A stretch of DNA of 64,000 nt from Thecamonas trahens ATCC 50062 (GCF_000142905.1 NW_013657669.1:124001-188000), one strand, 5' to 3'; positions 12,118 to 23,665 are shown, counted from the stretch's first letter. The notes: a model not told the origin generated them from the letters alone. Numbers and translations are program-made.

Positions 12118-13172
12118 ATGGAGGAGCTGTGGAACAAGCTCGACGAGATGGCAGTCAAGGACCCAGAGACTTATGCAAAGCTGGTGGCGTCGGCGGCGGC
12201 GGCAGAGGAGGATGGCGACGCCAAGGGCGGGTTGAGCGGGCAGGGCAGCAGTGGCAAGGGGGTGTTCATCGCGCCGGATCCGGGGCTGGTGCTCAAGATG
12301 GCGCTGCCGGGTGGAAAGGGCAAGCTGTTTGTCAACGTCTGCTCACACGAGCGCATCGAGCCGCCGGTGCCCATGACGCCGGCGCAGGCTGCTACGCGCG
12401 GCATCGACCTCGACGCCCTGCCCGCGTCAGACGTGCCGATGCGGTATCCGCTGTCGTCGGGCGAGCTGCGCGAGGCGGTGGACAAGTCAGGCAAGCCGTG
12501 CAAGGTGTGGGACGTGGTCCTCAATCCGCTGGCTGTCGACGAAGCTCGCGCTGCGCCTGACAAGGCCTGGTTCATTGCACAGCTCGTCCTGCAGACCTGC
12601 GAGGGCAAGCACGCGCTCGGCATCGACCTCGACTCTCTCGCCATCACAGACGTCAAGTTCCTCAAGAACCGCAAGTACTGGGACCTCCCTGTCCGCCCGC
12701 AGTATATTGCAGACCGCGCCGCCGAGCGCGCAGGCACCTCCCCGGCCATCATCACCTCCGAGGTCGCCGCCAACGAGGCCGCCACCGGCGAGGCTCTGCT
12801 CTCGGCCTCCAAGTCCAAGGTCCTCTCTTCGCGGCCGAATTCCACGGCCAAGGCCAAGGCTGGGCCGACGCCGCTGGCTCCAGTCATGGACGTTGTGCCG
12901 GGGCCGACCGGCGCGCCAGCCAAGCTTGTCATCACCATCGACGTCTCGGCCGCCTCCGCCCCGTCCGCTCGGCCGCCGACCTCGCGCTCTCGCTCGACCT
13001 CTCCAGTTGCGTCCTCTCGATTGCACCGGCACCGCAGCTCAAGCTCGGCAGCGTCTCGCTTGATCTTCCGTTTGCTGTCGACGGCAACCGGGTCATGGCT
13101 CAGTTTGACCGTGCCTCGACTACGCTCACCGTCCGCATGCCTGTTGTCGGCCGGCTCACCGCGCCGCAGTAA
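12118..13172 (+). CDS. PIH1-domain co-chaperone (PIH1D1/PIH1D2/DNAAF2 family); apparent -1 frameshift at ~12960
   Basis: FIAPDPGLVLK, KLFVNVCSHERIEPP, YPLSSGELREAVDKSGKPCKVWDVVLNP = PIH1 N-domain; the CS-like domain (VRSAADLALSLD...LDLPFAVDGNRVMAQFDRASTTLTVRMPV) continues in the -1 frame to TAA at 13170-13172. Confidence 0.85.
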
Positions 13173-13201
13173 GCGTGGATCGTTGTACAAGGCAGCGACA
13201 T

Positions 13202-15292
13202 TTACTTGCGGCCTCTACCATCCTTGGAACGCTTGTTGTTGCTGTTGCGCGAGCGCTTTCTGTTGCCCCCGCCGCTTCCGCTGTTTCCGCGGCGGCGGCC
13301 GCTGCGACGGTCACCACTGTTCCCACCGTTGTTGCTGTGGGTCGACGACGTCCGCCGTCGCCCACCCTGCGCCGATGACGACGAGTTGGTCCGCCCACGC
13401 CCGCCACCGTCTTCACCGTCCTTCTTGGGTGGCGCCTCGTAGTGGAACTCGCGCTCGGGCAGGATGGCGCAGAGGACGTCCATAAACCCGTCCGGGCTGC
13501 GGTCCGGCGTATGCGGGGCGCGGGTGAGGTAGCCAAACAGCAGGTTATATGCCCGCACAAACTCCGAGTGGACCAGCTCCCAGTACTCGCCCGAGACCAT
13601 GGCCGTCAGGTTGTGGTTGAGCTCGAACGGGTCTTCCACTGCCAGCATGGCCGACTCCCACGACTTCTCGGCCTTGGTCAGCGAGTGCCCGAGTTCGCGC
13701 CGGATGCACGCCACGTGCGTCTCCACCGGGAAGCTGTTGGCGTAGTAGTCAAAGAAGCCAAGCAGCAGCTGCGCCGCCGGCGCCGCATTAGCCCCCACCG
13801 GAAACGCCGTCCGGACTGCAGGCAGCGAGTTGCAAAAGTACGTCTCATACCCGTTGATCCGCACCGACGGCAGGCTTGGGTCACGCGACTCGTCGCGCTT
13901 CCACGAGTCGTCAAAGACCCGCGGCTTGGTCACCTCGTCTTCGGCCTTGTCAGACCCAGAGTCCGAGCCCGAGCCTGAGCGCGAGCCCGAGTCCGCACCG
14001 CCAGCTTCGTCACCGCCGCCGCTTCCGGCCTTCTTGCCCTTGTCTTTGCGCGCGGGCACCTTACCCTTCCCCTCCTTGCCGCTCTCGCCCTCCGCTGCTG
14101 CATCCGGTGTCGGCGGCGGGCGCGGCTTGCGCACCGGATCACCGCCTTCGGTCGAGCCGCCGGGCATGGTCTGCAAGACTGGAAGCACCGGCGGGACGAG
14201 GCCGGCCTGGAGGTAGTGGAAGAGCATGATGGTAAGGGCGTACGAGGAGAGCGTGCGCTTGGCGGCGTCGTTGATCTTGCGTGCCTTGCCCCAGTACTTG
14301 ATGGTATACATGAGGTCGCGAACACGCTCGTCGAGCGAGGCGTAGCACTTTTGCAGGCGAGTGTTGCGGAGTGCGAGCGAGTTGCCGATCGAAAAGTCAA
14401 CCGAGAGGCCCGAGTCGACATGAACAAACTTGATGAGCGGAATCTTGACGCCAGTAATCCACTTGACGTCGCGGGCAAACTCGGGTGCTGCTCGCATCTT
14501 CTTGCCCAGCGTGTTGATGACGTTCGAGATGACGTTCGACCGCGCAATGCGGTTGCGCGGCAGCCGCATCTCCATGCTCACATCCACGTCAGACGACCGC
14601 GACCCGAACCCGTTGGCCGACGATCCGAACAGATGCAGCGACGAGGTGGAGACGTACCCGCGCCGCAGATTCGGCATGGCATCCTCCACAAACGCATGGA
14701 CCGCGTTGCACACTGCCTGCCGCATGCTCTCGTCCGACGGCCGCGGCTCGATCGACTCCTTCAGCCGCGCCATCAGCGCCGCCAGCCCGGCCGCCCGCTC
14801 CGGGTCCACAGCCACAAGCTCGCACGCCAGCTCCTGCGCCTTGCCTGCATACTCGGCTGCTGCAACAGCATAAGCCGCCTTGGCCTCGACTAGCTCGGCA
14901 GCCGCAGCTGCAGCCGCCTCGTCGTCGCCATCGCCATCGCCATCGCCATCGCCATTGCCATCGCCATCACCGGCTCTCTCGCCGGCTTGCCCGCCAGCTG
15001 CGGCTGCCGGCGCGGGCTCGGGTGCGAGACGCGGGGCCGGGCCGTGACGGTACTGGCAGTACAAGCCATGAGAGCACCAGCCCATTACAGCCTCCTGCAC
15101 GCAGAACGGGCGGGCCGAGTCTGCCAGGTGCCGCGGAGGAGGGTACGCCTCGCTGGGCCCCTCGCTACCCGGGAGGTGGTGGTGCTCGAAGCGACACATG
15201 CCCAGTCGTCCGAGCGAGGCGCAGCCATGGCTGGTGACGTTGTCCATGCACGCCCTTCCGGGCATACCTCCTTGCATACCTCCAGTCTCCAT
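13202..15292 (-). CDS. Terminal uridylyltransferase (Cid1/TUT4-7-like) with N-terminal CCCH zinc fingers
   Basis: LFGSSANGFGSRSSDVDVSM nucleotidyltransferase motif; IKYWGKARKINDA..TLSSYALTIM; PAP-associated LAVEDPFELNHNL; CVQEAVMGWCSHGLYCQYRH is a C-x8-C-x5-C-x3-H finger. The ATG at 15292 follows a likely 5'UTR intron (GTGAGT...CACACAG). Confidence 0.88.
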   Translation of the reverse strand: METGGMQGGMPGRACMDNVTSHGCASLGRLGMCRFEHHHLPGSEGPSEAYPPPRHLADSARPFCVQEAVMGWCSHGLYCQYRHGPAPRLAPEPAPAAAAGGQAGERAGDGDGNGDGDGDGDGDDEAAAAAAAELVEAKAAYAVAAAEYAGKAQELACELVAVDPERAAGLAALMARLKESIEPRPSDESMRQAVCNAVHAFVEDAMPNLRRGYVSTSSLHLFGSSANGFGSRSSDVDVSMEMRLPRNRIARSNVISNVINTLGKKMRAAPEFARDVKWITGVKIPLIKFVHVDSGLSVDFSIGNSLALRNTRLQKCYASLDERVRDLMYTIKYWGKARKINDAAKRTLSSYALTIMLFHYLQAGLVPPVLPVLQTMPGGSTEGGDPVRKPRPPPTPDAAAEGESGKEGKGKVPARKDKGKKAGSGGGDEAGGADSGSRSGSGSDSGSDKAEDEVTKPRVFDDSWKRDESRDPSLPSVRINGYETYFCNSLPAVRTAFPVGANAAPAAQLLLGFFDYYANSFPVETHVACIRRELGHSLTKAEKSWESAMLAVEDPFELNHNLTAMVSGEYWELVHSEFVRAYNLLFGYLTRAPHTPDRSPDGFMDVLCAILPEREFHYEAPPKKDGEDGGGRGRTNSSSSAQGGRRRTSSTHSNNGGNSGDRRSGRRRGNSGSGGGNRKRSRNSNNKRSKDGRGRK

Positions 15293-15534
15293 CTGTGTGT
15301 GAGGGGGGAGAGGGGGAGGGGGGGGGGGGGGGAGAGAGAGAGAGAGAGAGAGAGAGGTGGCGAGGGGAAGGAGTGCGCGGGTGGCCCCTGGTCGCGGTCG
15401 AGTCGTCGCAAGCCGCGACTCACTCTTCCACTGCCCACGACGACCGCCACGGCCGCACATCGGTGGTACAGCGCAATTAGCGACAATTAGTGCGACAAAC
15501 TATCAGCGCTGGCTTTAATTGGAGTCGAGGCGTG

Positions 15535-16701
15535 CTATGATGTTGCCGCTTCATTCGATGTCGCCGCTAACGACGCGGCAGCAACATGCGATGCGGCATG
15601 GCTGGTGACGTAGGTGCGGCGCACATCAGCGAGGTGGGCGCGGAAAGCGGCGAGGCGGGCGTAGCGCGCCCGCTCGGCAGCAGGCGCCGTGGACAGTGGC
15701 GAATCAAGCTGTGGCGGGGGCGGCGCAGGGAGTGATCCGGTGAGGCGCGCAGTCTGGAAGCGGACAATGACGCCGACAATGTCCCAGAACGAGAGATCAG
15801 GCCAGAGGACAGAGAGAAAGGCAAGCTGGGCGTGTCCAGCCTGATAGAGCAGAAAGTTGGAGAGCCTGATCTCACCCGACGTCCGCACAATAATGTCCGG
15901 ATCGGACCCGGTTGCCAACGCCATGTGGACGGCGGTCTCGTCGACATCGTCGGCATCGAGAACGCCATCGCGGACAGCAGCAGCAACCGCAGCGCACGCC
16001 GCCGCCATCTCATTGGTCGAGGTGTACGAGAAGCACACGTTGAGCGTGAGCTCCGAGTACTGCGACGAGTACGCCTCCACGGCACACATGACGTCGCGCA
16101 GCGAGGCCGGAAGCAGGTCCAGATCGCCGACGACCCGGATGTGGACCTTGTGCCTGTCGATGAACGTCCGCTGCTCCAGCAGCTCGCGGAACTTGGCTTC
16201 GGCGAGCGTCAGCAGGTCGTCGACCTCCTCCTGCGTCCGCTTAAAGTTGTCGATCGAAAAGGCGTAGACCGAGACGGTCGTCACCCCGAGCTGGGCGCAC
16301 CATTCGAGCGTCTGCGTCAGCTTGGTGTAGCCGCGGGCATGGCCCTCGATCCGCGGCAGCTGCTGCGAAGATGCAAACCGTCGGTTGCCATCCATGATAA
16401 ACGCAATGTGTTTGGGGATCGGACCCTGTCCCAGCACCTAAAACCATTCCCATCATTCGACCATCCCCCCCATTCCCTCACGTCAGTCATCTCTCGCCTC
16501 CCTCCCCCCCCCTCCCCCCGGCCGCCTCCCTCCTGCCCATCCCTGACCTCACCCCCCCCCCCCCCCCCCAACCACCACCACCACCACCATGCCCAAAACA
16601 CAGCCCTCCACATCAACACACAACCACAGAACCACCACACATACCGCTCCGGCAAGAGCCCGTAGCCATCCAGGGGCCAGCTGCTTGAGAGATGCCCACA
16701 T
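15535..16701 (-). CDS. DHDDS: Dehydrodolichyl diphosphate synthase (cis-prenyltransferase); exons 16701-16645 and 16437-15535
   Basis: IPKHIAFIMDGNRRFA, VYAFSIDNFKR, PDIIVRTSGEIRLSNFLLYQ; phase-0 GTATGT...TTTAG intron. Confidence 0.92.
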
Positions 16702-17035
16702 CTGCCGTGTGGACAAGGCAAAGGGTGGCTGGCTGGCCGAGAGCGAGAGAAGCGTGGCTTGGACTGCGCCGCCAAACGCGCTTCGACAAGGAGAAAGACG
16801 AGCGGATGCCAGGCTGGCTCGATCACAGTCTCGCACGATCCATGCCTACAAGGACCCATCTAATGAGGGTGACGGCATCCTGCGGCGGAAGCTGCCGCCT
16901 AATCGCAGATCTACTCTTGCACGGGCTTCGATGCTTGGCAGCCTACCGCTGCTTCGTCACTCTGTGGCTTTAACACTGTCGCTCACCAACTCCTCCTCAG
17001 GACCTCAGGAATTGAACTAGGGTCAAGCCATTTCA

Positions 17036-17786
17036 TTAAGCATCGGAAGCGTCGGCAGCGGCCGCAGGGCCGGCAGCAGTGCCGGCATCGGCGGAGTTAT
17101 CAGCGGCGGCGCTGGCACTGGCGCCAGCATCGGTGGCAGCCTCGACAGCGTCATCGTCATCATCATCATCGGCGGCAGCCGGCGACGTCTCCGGCTTGCC
17201 TTCGTTGGGCATGGCCTCGAGGATGGACTGTGCGATGTCGGTGTGGTCGGCGGCGGCGGCGACGGTGAAAGCAGTGCGGCCGTTCGAGTCCTTGAGGGTG
17301 GTGTCGATGCCATTGACGCCGAGCAGCATAGCCACAACCTCGGCATGCCCGTTGAGCGCCGCCCAGTGCAGTGCCGTCGCGCCCGATGTGTACGCCAGGT
17401 TGGGATTCGCCCCAGCATCCAGCAGTGCCCGGACCACCTCCACATGCCCGTTCCCGGCTGCCAGCAGCAGCGCGCTCTTGCCCATCGCGTCCGTCACGTT
17501 AACATCCACTCCCTCGCCAATGAGCGCAACCACATCATCATCTGTAACCATCCGCCCACCCGCCATCCACCATCGCCGTCAGTCAGCAGCCGCTTCCCGC
17601 CACAGCCTCATCCCGCTCTGTCCCTCCCCCCCCCTCCTTCTGCGCAAGCTGCCATCGCCATCCGCCGCCCACTCCCTCCTCCCCTCGCTCCCCCTCTCTC
17701 CTCCCTCCCACACACTCTCCCCTCCTCCCACCCGCCCACTTACACTCGTTATACCGCGCAGCATCCCGCAGGTCATCGGCAGACAT
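17036..17786 (-). CDS. Small ankyrin-repeat protein with acidic tail (Yar1-like); exons 17786-17744 and 17541-17036
   Basis: A phase-1 GTAAGT...TACAG intron gives MSADDLRDAARYNEYDDVVALIGEGVDVN; ankyrin motifs GKSALLLAAGNGH and GATALHWAALNGH; Asp-rich C-terminus. Confidence 0.8.
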
Positions 17787-18326
17787 GGTCTCTGTCCTCG
17801 AGACGGGTGTGCCGGCTTTGGCTGGCTCGTGCTGTTGCTCGTGCTGCTTGCCTGCCGCCGACCGCTCGTCGTTTGCGTCGGCAAATGGCTCGGGCGATGG
17901 CGTCCGTAGGCGGCAGCTATAGCGCTGCACAGGCCCATGCATGGGCCTCTCCCAGGACGACGGCTGGTCCCGTGCTTGGTTGACAATCCCAATCTCTGCG
18001 ATGAGCACCTAGACGAGCAGCAGCGTCTTGGTGCGGCGCGATTCCGGATCCGGGCCCCATCACTCCCGGTAGAGACATCGACAGCAGCACAAGCTGCAGG
18101 CTTCCACCCTGAGCGTACACAACGTGTCAGTGCTATCGATTGCAAGGGCGAGTGGCAGCTGGGCAGGCGCTCTAGGCTGGGGTCGAGGCCAGACCAGAGT
18201 GCGAAAGACTCGTTTTTTTCGGGGGAGGCTGCTCCTCGGCACGCACCTGTACCGCCAACGCCAGCTGCGGCCAGACACCGGCAAGGACGCGGCATACCAC
18301 ACTCTATACTTCCAAGCAACATACAC

Positions 18327-19697
18327 ATGCGCGGCACTTTGAGGGAATGGCAGATGGCGGTGGCAGTGATGAGTGTGGCGTTCTTGCTGGCGACGGGCGG
18401 TAGTGCGGCCGATGTGGAGGTGTGGAAGATGGCAAGCCAGGAGAGCGCGACGCCGACGATGGCCATAGCGGCGTCAGCGAGCAAGATGTACGTGCTCATG
18501 ACGCTGCGGTACACGCCGCCACCGCCGGCACCGGCCGGCCCGGCCAACGCCGCCAAGCTCGGCGTGTGCGAGCTCGACGGCTCGGCGTGCACCACGGTCG
18601 ACGTGGTGGCGCCGATTGTCTCGCCGGATACGGCGTGGGGCACGTCGATGGCGGCGATGGTGGCTAGCGACGGTACGTTCTTTGGCGCTTTTGTTGCCGG
18701 CACCTCGAACGCCATCTTTACGGTGGTGTGCTCCGACGAGGGATGCGCAAGCCCAACGGTGACCCAGCACGGCGCGGCGCTGTCGACCGGGACCAACAGC
18801 CTCGCGCTCAGCATCGGGCCGGACGGCGAGAAGCTGGTCTGGTTTGCAGGCGCCAATGGGGTGCGGCACCTCGACTGCCACGAGCCGGCGTGCTCGACGG
18901 CGATCATGACTACTAAGATCATCTACCCGACGCTCGCGCGTGGGCTGGCTATTGTGCCGCGCCAAGGCTCTGGCTTTCCGCAGCTCACCTTTCTCACCAC
19001 CTCGCTCCGGCCAGGGTGCTCGAACGCTATCGACGGGCTGGCTACCCTTCTCTGCTCCAACGCAACTTGCTCCACCGCGGACATCTTCACCGTGGCCGAC
19101 GGGATCGGCGACTGTGGTGCGAGCGCGCCGGAGGTTGGCGATGCTGTCGGCATCGCCAGCAACCCGACCCGGCTGACTTTCTACAACGCCACGATGGGGA
19201 CGTACCGCATTGCCGAGTGCGCGACGGAGCAGTGCCTTGGCGCGCAGCTGTACATCGTGCCGGCGCCAGCACCGGTGACGCCTGCAGTCGGCATCGCTAC
19301 GGTCTCGGGCGCATCGTCGGCGGTGTTTGTCGACGCGCCGGCCAACGGCGGAAAGGGTTACTCGGTGTGGGAGTGCGCGAGCGCGTCGTGTACCTCGAGC
19401 ACGCTGCGCGGAAGGACGACGACGGTGGCAGCGCCGGCGATTGCAGCCTCATACGCGGTGGCGGCTGCGAGTACGAGTACGACTGCGGTGGCGTACGCTG
19501 TCATCAGCGACAGTGACGTCGCCATCAACCTCGCCGTGCTCGCGGACACCACGCTCGTGTCATCGGGGACGAGCACGACTGCCAGCGGAACGTCGGCAAC
19601 GTCGTCAGGCGCGAGCCCTGCGTCGAGCGGAGCAGTGTGGTGGCAGGTGGCGGCAGCGGTGGGTGGGGCGATTGCGCTCGCGCACGGACTTGCCTAG
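18327..19697 (+). CDS. Secreted/surface protein with repeated C-x3-4-C blades, Ser/Thr stalk and C-terminal hydrophobic anchor
   Basis: Signal-peptide-like MRGTLREWQMAVAVMSVAFLLATGGSAA; repeats CELDGSAC, CSDEGC, CHEPAC, CSNATC, CATEQC, CASASC; ST-rich linker then WWQVAAAVGGAIALAHGLA. Confidence 0.72.
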   Translation: MRGTLREWQMAVAVMSVAFLLATGGSAADVEVWKMASQESATPTMAIAASASKMYVLMTLRYTPPPPAPAGPANAAKLGVCELDGSACTTVDVVAPIVSPDTAWGTSMAAMVASDGTFFGAFVAGTSNAIFTVVCSDEGCASPTVTQHGAALSTGTNSLALSIGPDGEKLVWFAGANGVRHLDCHEPACSTAIMTTKIIYPTLARGLAIVPRQGSGFPQLTFLTTSLRPGCSNAIDGLATLLCSNATCSTADIFTVADGIGDCGASAPEVGDAVGIASNPTRLTFYNATMGTYRIAECATEQCLGAQLYIVPAPAPVTPAVGIATVSGASSAVFVDAPANGGKGYSVWECASASCTSSTLRGRTTTVAAPAIAASYAVAAASTSTTAVAYAVISDSDVAINLAVLADTTLVSSGTSTTASGTSATSSGASPASSGAVWWQVAAAVGGAIALAHGLA

Positions 19698-19740
19698 GAT
19701 AACACGCGGTTCATTTTTCCTTCACCAGCCTGCGAGAATA

Positions 19741-20685
19741 CTACACCTCTGCGTTGAGCTTGACAGTAATGACCGAGACGTTGTCGGTGGAGCCGAGGTC
19801 GATGGCCTCCTTGACGACGGCCTCTGCGGCTTGCTGAGCCGATGCAGCGCGGGAGCAGGCGGCGACAACCGACTCGGGGCTCATGACGTCGTAGACGCCG
19901 TCGCAGGCAAGGACAAGCCATGTTTCAGTGCCCGTGAGAGTGATGGTGGTGACGAACGGGTCGGAGAGGACGATCTCCTTCATAGGCAGGTTGCCGAGTG
20001 AGCGGGTGACCGAGACCATACCGTTGACCTTGCCGCGGGCCACAAAGCCGCCGGACGTGGTGATGCGCTCGACCTCGACGGCGTTGTCGGGCGTGTGCAG
20101 TGGGTGAATGATCATCGGGTCCGAGGTGGTGGAGGCGAGGAGTGCGCGCGAGTCACCAACATTGGCCAGGTGCAACAGCTTGACGTCGCCGAGTCGCTCG
20201 AGGACGACGACGAGGGCGGTAGTGCCCTGGAACATGACTGAGTCGCCCTCAAATACCATGTCCGAAGCGGTGAAGGCGTCCTCGAAGATCTCGCGCGGAT
20301 CGCGCCGGCCGATCTCGTTGCCCACAGCCTGAACCACAAAGTCCGAGGCGAGCTTGGAGCCGTCGGCGCCGCCGTGGCCGTCGAAAACAGCGACGAGCGA
20401 CCGCGAGCCGTCGGGTCCAAACGACGGCTCGACAACCGTCACGTCCTGCATCTCAGAGCGAAAAGCGGTGTTGGCATCGTCGGCGCAGCCAAAAGCGGCC
20501 GAGCGGACGGCGGGCGAGTCGTTGGGCACGCCAAAGAACGGTTTGACAGCAAACTTGCTCAGCAGAACAAGGTACGGCGAGTCTGACTCGAGCAGATCGT
20601 CGTCCGAGAGGCCAATGTCCGAGAACTCATCCAGGTTCGGCCTGTTCTTGTTTCCGCCGCAGGCAGCAATCGAGAGGCACGACAT
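19741..20685 (-). CDS. Protein phosphatase 2C (PPM family)
   Basis: RSEMQD, AVFDGHGG, LANVGDSRA, VTRSLGN, LVLACDGVYDV and GSTDNVSVI motifs. Confidence 0.93.
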   Translation of the reverse strand: MSCLSIAACGGNKNRPNLDEFSDIGLSDDDLLESDSPYLVLLSKFAVKPFFGVPNDSPAVRSAAFGCADDANTAFRSEMQDVTVVEPSFGPDGSRSLVAVFDGHGGADGSKLASDFVVQAVGNEIGRRDPREIFEDAFTASDMVFEGDSVMFQGTTALVVVLERLGDVKLLHLANVGDSRALLASTTSDPMIIHPLHTPDNAVEVERITTSGGFVARGKVNGMVSVTRSLGNLPMKEIVLSDPFVTTITLTGTETWLVLACDGVYDVMSPESVVAACSRAASAQQAAEAVVKEAIDLGSTDNVSVITVKLNAEV

Positions 20686-21314
20686 GGTGTGGCCGAGGGT
20701 GGAGGCAGGCTAGAGCTCGGCTGTGGTGGGGTCAATATTGGTCCGACAAGCGGGTGGAAAGGGATCGATCAACGCGGCTAAGGGCAAACAGGAGCGAGGG
20801 AGAGTGGGGAATGGGGAGCGGGAGCAATGACTTTGTAACTCTGCTGAGTTGCGGCTCGAGGGAAAAGACAACGCCAGAGGTAGCAAGCCTGTGTATTGGC
20901 GAGGTAATCAGCTACAGCTCGTGGTTGAACTCGGGAGGCCTCCTGGGGTTGGCGGCAACAGCGGAGATCAACGTGGAACAATAGTCGAGTATGCTAACAG
21001 AGCTTTTCAGTTCAATATCGTGTCCCGCAAAAAGGCAAGACGGACCCAATAACTGAGTATGCCATTTGGGGGGGAGGAGGACAGTCCTATTTTTTTTCCT
21101 CCCCCCCCCCCCCCCACAAACGAAACTAGGCTGTAGTTTGGTCGTAGGGGGGGGGAGGGGGGGAGGGGGCAGCGAGCGAGCGAGCCGCCAAGGCCGACTA
21201 GCAAGAATCGCGCTAGCCGGCCGGCCGGCCAGCCGCCCATGGCTAGCGGCTACAACGAGAAGGTGGGAGCAGGGGCACGAGGGAGAACGGGGGACGGCGA
21301 CACTTGACTTGGAG

Positions 21315-22335
21315 ATGGCGGCCGAAGCAGGGGACATAGACTATGAGAAGCACCCGTCGGGCATCATCCCGACACTGCAGTATGTTGTCGGCGGAGCGGT
21401 GGGCAGGGGGCTCGGAATGGGCGAGTGGCAGTGGGCGCGGGACGGCGGCCGGCCATCCGGCGAGGCGGGGGAAGCGGGGAGTTGGACGGCTGGTATGCGA
21501 GCTAGAAGACACGGAGACGCGAGACACGGCACACGGCGGCTACATGGGGATGTCAGCGCGGGTTGCGCGGGTTGGGGGAGGGGGCGTGGGCGGGGAGAGG
21601 GCGGTGTGGCTTGCCGTGGCGACGCAGGCGCCGGCTCATTTTTTGGACGACACGGGTCGTTCGCCTCGGCGACGTTGGTGGCACTCGAGTCGACTCACGC
21701 GGTGAGAGGATGCGGGAACAGGAACATTGTGTCGACTGTCGACCTCAAGACCTCGCTGGATCTGAAGAAGATTGCACTGCATGCCCGTAATGCCGAGTAC
21801 AATCCCAAGGTAAGTGTGGCGCGGGAGTGATGCGTGGGCGGAGAGGTTATCGCGCAGGGTGGCGAGACTCATAACGGGAGCCGCGCTTGGGCGACGAGGA
21901 CAGCGGTTTGCAGCAGTCATCATGCGGATCCGCGAGCCTAAGACGACAGCGCTGGTGTTTGGGTCGGGCAAGATGGTGGTGACTGGCGCCAAGTCGGTGG
22001 AACTGGCCAAGCTGGCCGGGCGCAAGTACGCGCGCATCATCCAGAAGCTGGACAACCCGGCCAAGTTTGCCGACTTTAAGGTGCAGAACATTGTTGCGTC
22101 GTGCGACGTCAAGTTTGCCATCCGCCTGGAGGGTCTTGCGTACGCCCATGGCGAGCATTCGTCGTACGAGCCGGAGCTGTTTCCGGGCCTCATCTACAAG
22201 ATGTTCGCGCCAAAGGTTGTGCTCCTCATCTTTGTCTCCGGAAAGATTGTGCTGACCGGAGCCAAGACCCAGGACGAGATCTACGAGGCTTTTGAGACCA
22301 TTTACCCTGTGCTCTCCGAGTTCCGCAAGACCTAG
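21315..22335 (+). CDS. TBP: TATA-box binding protein; exons 21315-21379, 21722-21809, 21904-22335
   Basis: SGIIPTLQ|NIVSTVDL...ARNAEYNPK|[31 protein letters not shown]...[11 protein letters not shown]; two GT-AG introns restore the canonical sequence. Confidence 0.97.
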
Positions 22336-22672
22336 TCTTGCTCAGCTGCGTCCTGCTTGGGTGTCTGGTCGCCTGGTCGCCCCCTCCCCTCCCTCCCCTC
22401 CCCTCCCCTCCATCATCACTTCAACGGCGTGCTCGCGCACTGCGGCGCCATGCTTAAACGCCGTTGGAGTTGCACCCGTGCTTAAAACCCCGTGGTCCCA
22501 GCCGAGTGGCTGACGACAATCACTGCCTGGCGCAGAAGGTTGGCCCGAGCCGGGCCGAGCCGCCACCGGACAACAGACACGCTCTCAACACCCCTCTCTA
22601 TCTCCCCGCCCCTCTCTCCAGCCGTCCTCGACACTCCCAAGTTCATACATGTCGTCCAGCAAGTCATCGTCC

Positions 22673-23665
22673 ATGCCTGCGCCGCACCGGCTGCGGACCG
22701 GCCTGCACCACCCGGTCCTCCGCACGTGGCAGAGTGAGGCCGAGGTGACGCTCGCTGACATTGTGTACCCAATCTTCCTCACTGCGCCACGCGATGCCAA
22801 GGAGGAAATTGCGGCGATGCCGGGCCAGTTCCGGCTGGGCGTCGACGTGGTTGTGGACCACCTTGCGCCGCTGGTTGCTGGCGGCCTGCGTGCGCTGCTG
22901 CTCTTTGGCGTCTTGCCGGATGACGCGTGCGCCAAGAAGGACGGCACGGCGTCGTACGCCGACGCGGCAGACAACCCGGTCATGGAGGCGCTGCCGCTGC
23001 TCCGGAATGCTTTTCCGGACGTCCTCCTCATTACCGACGTGTGCATGTGCCCCTACACCGACCACGGTCACTGTGGCATCATCGAGAACGAGTACGTGTG
23101 CAACGACGCGTCAGTGGCCCGGCTCGCCGAGATCGGTGTCTCGTACGCTCGCGCCGGCGCGCACGTCCTTGCGCCGTCCGACATGATGGACGGCCGTATC
23201 GGCGCGCTCAAGGATGCGTGCATCGCCGCAGGCCTCGAGCAGGTCTCAGTCATGTCGTACTCGGCCAAGTTTGCGTCGGCCTTCTACGGCCCGTTCCGCT
23301 CGGCGGCAAAATCAGCACCTTCATTCGGCGACCGCCGGACCCACCAGCTTCCGCCCGGCGCCAAGCGCATTGCCAACCGTGCCCTCGTCCGCGACATCCG
23401 CGAGGGCGCCGACATCCTCATGGTCAAGCCGGCCATGCCGTACATGGATCTCATCCAGGACGCCGCCGCCCAGTCGTCGCTCCCGGTTGCCTGCTACCAG
23501 GTCTCCGGCGAGTTTGCCATGATCTACCATGCTGCCGCTGCTGGCGCCCTTGATCTCAAGGCTGGTGTCCTCGAATCGCTGACCTGCCTCAAACGTGCTG
23601 GAGCCACCATCCTTATCACCTACTTTGCCCCGCAGCTTGTCGAGTGGCTTGGCTCGTCCGAGTAA
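22673..23665 (+). CDS. ALAD: Delta-aminolevulinic acid dehydratase (porphobilinogen synthase), Zn-binding type
   Basis: DVCMCPYTDHGHCG, APSDMMDGRI, MSYSAKFASAFYGPFR, ADILMVKP, YQVSGE; alternative in-frame ATG at 22649. Confidence 0.96.
   Translation: MPAPHRLRTGLHHPVLRTWQSEAEVTLADIVYPIFLTAPRDAKEEIAAMPGQFRLGVDVVVDHLAPLVAGGLRALLLFGVLPDDACAKKDGTASYADAADNPVMEALPLLRNAFPDVLLITDVCMCPYTDHGHCGIIENEYVCNDASVARLAEIGVSYARAGAHVLAPSDMMDGRIGALKDACIAAGLEQVSVMSYSAKFASAFYGPFRSAAKSAPSFGDRRTHQLPPGAKRIANRALVRDIREGADILMVKPAMPYMDLIQDAAAQSSLPVACYQVSGEFAMIYHAAAAGALDLKAGVLESLTCLKRAGATILITYFAPQLVEWLGSSE

Noticed and set aside
12960-13485. Cys-rich C-terminal extension of the 12073-13485 ORF
   Set aside because: Out-of-frame read-through past the apparent frameshift; it overlaps the TUTase, and the real CS domain is in the -1 frame.
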